64,000 nt of DNA. Source: Hemiscyllium ocellatum. Taxonomy: Eukaryota. Under the pieces are notes generated by a model, which saw nothing but the letters and a program-made list of their open reading frames with translations, did not search any database and was not told the DNA's origin. Location: contig NC_083448.1 of the NCBI RefSeq assembly GCF_020745735.1, positions 6,942,006 through 7,006,005 of the forward strand, read 5' to 3'. A program made the position numbers and the translations under genes. Of this stretch, positions 61,040-64,000 are shown piece after piece (position 1 is the first letter of the stretch; every line of letters starts with the position of its first letter).

Positions 61040-61857
61040 CTGTCAATTGAACGAGAAATGAGCAGTGACATTGATATCAAGTCGCAGCAGATTGGCAGCA
61101 GCTCTGCGAGACTGAGCAGAGCCCAAATGATGGCATTCCATCAAATCTGATTGAGTCCGGCCCAGGTCAAATCAAAAGGCCAGTTATAAATGAATATCAA
61201 GAAAGAAATGCAAAAGCTACATTTGTTGCTGGCGAAAAATTGCTCAAAAAACTTGCTCTTTCAGACTCCGACTCCTGTTTAAACTGGTGGAGTTTGGATC
61301 TGAACTAAGAGAGCCAAGTGGGTGATGAGAGTCCACATCTGAACAGATGGGAAAAGATTGAAACGTTTTCGATGTTCAAATTGAGGTTGGGGATTTGGTG
61401 GATGTTTAGTCCGAGGAGCAGGTCAGGGATGAGTAGAATGTTATGAGATTTGTCAAACAGCTCTGCTTCAAACTCCAAAAGATATCTGCTTCTGTTTAAA
61501 AATGACGGAGCATTGTGTACGTGTGAAGTTAATGTCTTGACTGAATGAACAGCGCAAGGCAAAGTCAGGTCACACATTCCTGAGACGAGTGGAGAAATGC
61601 TTCAGACTTCCAACTGTCCCACTCGAGGGACTCAGCTTGACAACTCGAGGCCTCAGGTGGTTTACAGCTGTGAGTCCATCTCAGACTGACCTGACTGTCT
61701 AACTGTGCTTTCCACAATCCCAGCCCTAACCCTGCAGGGGCCATGAAAATATGGGTCCCGGTTCGTGAGTTCAAGTCCCACTTGAAGATCTGAGTCCTTT
61801 ATTCAGGCTGATACTCTGAGTGCTCTGTTGAGGAAATGCTGTGAGAGGTGTTGTGAT

Positions 61858-62510
61858 GAGATTAGATTCCCTACAGTGTGGAAACAGGCCCTTCAGCCCA
61901 ACAAGTCCATCCCTCCTCTCCGAAGAGTAACCCGCCCAGTCCCATTTCCCTCTGACTATTGCATCTAACATTATGGGTTAATTTAGCGCAGCCAATCCAC
62001 CCTAACCTGCACATCCCTTGGCACTATGGGTAATGTGGTACTGTTCGCCGAGCTGGGAATTTGTGTTGCAGACGTTTTGTCCCCTGTCTAGGTGACATCC
62101 TCAGTGCTTGGGAGCCTCCTGTAAAGCGCTTCTGTGATGTTTCCTCCGGCATTTATAGTGACACATGCTATATCACTATAAATGCCGGAGGAAACATCAC
62201 AGAAGTGCTTCTCAGGAGGTTCCCAAGCACTGAGGATGTCACCTAGACAGGGGACAAAACGTCTGCAACACAAATTCCCAGCTCGGCGAACAGAACCACA
62301 ACAACGAGCACCCAAGCTACAAATCTTCTCACAAACTTTGAACTATGGGCAATTTAGCACAGCCAATCCACCCTAACCTGCACATCCCTGGACACTATGG
62401 GTAATTTCCCATCGCCAGTCCACCTAACCTGCACATCTTCTGACTGTGGAAGGAAACCGGAGCATCCGGAGCAGATTCTCCCAGAGACGGGAGAATTTGA
62501 TCCGATTGTA
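61858..62510 (-). mobile_element. HE1-like SINE carrying a nested palindromic Penelope-derived element (62034-62341)
   Basis: SINE consensus; inserted near-perfect hairpin at 62034-62300. Confidence 0.8.
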
Positions 62511-62569
62511 ACCTCAAATCCATGCTCCCATTCACCCCTCACTTGCTTGGCATAAAATCCATCTATGTG

Positions 62570-64000
62570 GAGAGTGTGGTGCTGGAAAAGCACAGCAGGT
62601 CAGACAGCATTCGAGGAGCAGGGGAATCGACGTATCTGGCATAAGCCCTTCATCAGGAATGAGGCTTGTGGGCCGAGGGGGCGCTGAGGGGTAAACGGGA
62701 GGGGGGTGGGGCTGGGGGGAGTTAGCTGAGAATGTGCTAGGTAGATGAAGGTGGGGGAGAAGGTGCTAGGTCGGAGTGGAGGGTGGAGGGGATAGATGGG
62801 AAAGACGATGGACAGGTCAAAAGGGCGGTGTCGAGTCGGAGGCTTGGGACTGGGATCAGGTGGAGGGAAGGGAAATGAGGAAACTGGTGAAATCCGCATT
62901 AATCCCGTGGGGTTGCAGGGTCCCAAAGCGGGATATGAGGCGTTCCTTCTCCAGGCGTCAAGTGGTTAGGGTTTGGTGATGGAGGAGGCCCAGGACCTGC
63001 ATGTTCTTGACAGAGTGGGATGGGGAGTTGAAGTGTTCAGCCACGGGGCGGTGGGATTGGTGGCTGCGGGTGTCCCAGAGATGTTCTCTGAAACAACCCG
63101 CAAGAAGGCGTCCTGTCTCCCCACTGTAGAGGAGACCACACCGGGTGCAGCGGATGCAGTAGGTGACATGTGTGGAATTACAGGTGAATTTCGGTGGTTT
63201 GTGGAAGGATCCTTTGGGGCCTTGGACAGAGAGACGGAGGAGGTGTGGGCACACGTCCTTGCGGTGGCAAGGGAAGGTGCCAGGAGTTGGGGTGGGGGAG
63301 GGATGGATCTAACAAGGGAGTCGCAGAGGGAATGGTCTCTCTGAAACGCTGATAGGGGAGGGGAGGGAAATGTATCCCTGATGGTCTGGTCTGTTTGTAA
63401 GTGGCAGGAGTGGTGGAGGATAATGCAATGTCTACGGAGGTTGGTGGGGTGGAAGGTGAGGACCGGGGGGTTCTGTCCTTGTTGCGTTGGGAGGGGTGGG
63501 GGTTGAAGGGTAGAGGTGTAGGAAATGGTGCAGATGCACTGGAGGGCACCATCGGCCAGGTGGGAGGGGAAATTGCGGATAGGATTTTCTGTGGTGGAAT
63601 TGGTCATCCTGGGAGCAGATGCAACAGAGGCATTAGGGATGGCATTTTCACAGGAGGTAGGGTGGGAGGTGCTGAAGTCCAGGAAGCTGTGGGAGTTGGT
63701 TGGTTTGTAGTAGGTGTCGCTGGTTAGTCGGTTGCTGGAGGTAGAGGTGGAGAGCTTCTGGAAGGGGAGGGAGGCGTCCACGATGGTCCGGGTGAACTTG
63801 AAGTTGGGGTGAAAGGTGTTGTGAATTTGCTGAACTGTTCAACCTCCTCATGGGAGCACGAGGTGGTGCTGATACCGTCATTGATATGGCGGAGGAAAAG
63901 GTGGGGAATGGTGCTAGTGTAGCTGCGGAAGATGGACTGTTCCACATACCCAACGATGAGGCAGGTATAGCTGGGGCCCATGCGGGTCCCATGGCTACCC
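62570..64000 (-). mobile_element. Penelope-like retroelement (RT C-terminus, GIY-YIG endonuclease, pseudo-LTR), frameshifted; continues past the right edge
   Basis: MGPSYTCLIVGYVE...FLRHIND (decayed RYIDD), TYYKPTNSHSFLDF, VTYCIRCTRCGLLYSGETGR...FREH...PVAEHFN. Confidence 0.9.

Noticed and set aside
61305-61774. Possible further AFAP-like exons
   Set aside because: There is no recognisable family peptide and no phase-compatible exon; upstream exons are probably beyond 64000.

Overview
Vertebrate genomic DNA, most likely a shark or other elasmobranch. This is inferred from HE1-like tRNA SINEs, CR1 LINEs and Penelope-derived repeats, not from a database search. Four spliced protein-coding genes can be rebuilt with phase-consistent GT-AG junctions. 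(1) DUSP11, minus strand, exons 1-4, running off the left edge. (2) BRF2, plus strand, complete, about 420 aa, head-to-head with DUSP11 across about 7 kb of G-rich minisatellites. (3) FHIP2B/FAM160B2, minus strand, 17 exons, complete, about 741 aa, tail-to-tail with BRF2. (4) The last two coding exons of an AFAP1-family gene, minus strand, which the ORF track does not show in the correct frame. Its position beside FHIP2B suggests the fourth 2R ohnolog of AFAP1/AFAP1L1/AFAP1L2, a copy not present in mammals. The rest is retroelement debris: CR1, RTE-like and other LINEs, SINEs, and Penelope-like elements with minimal hammerhead-ribozyme motifs, inverted arms and TSDs. There are also long hairpins, a duplicated BRF2 splice acceptor in the 3' UTR, a duplicated 0.9-kb block, and promoter-proximal VNTRs. 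The long Pro/Gly/His-rich ORFs are repeat artefacts.
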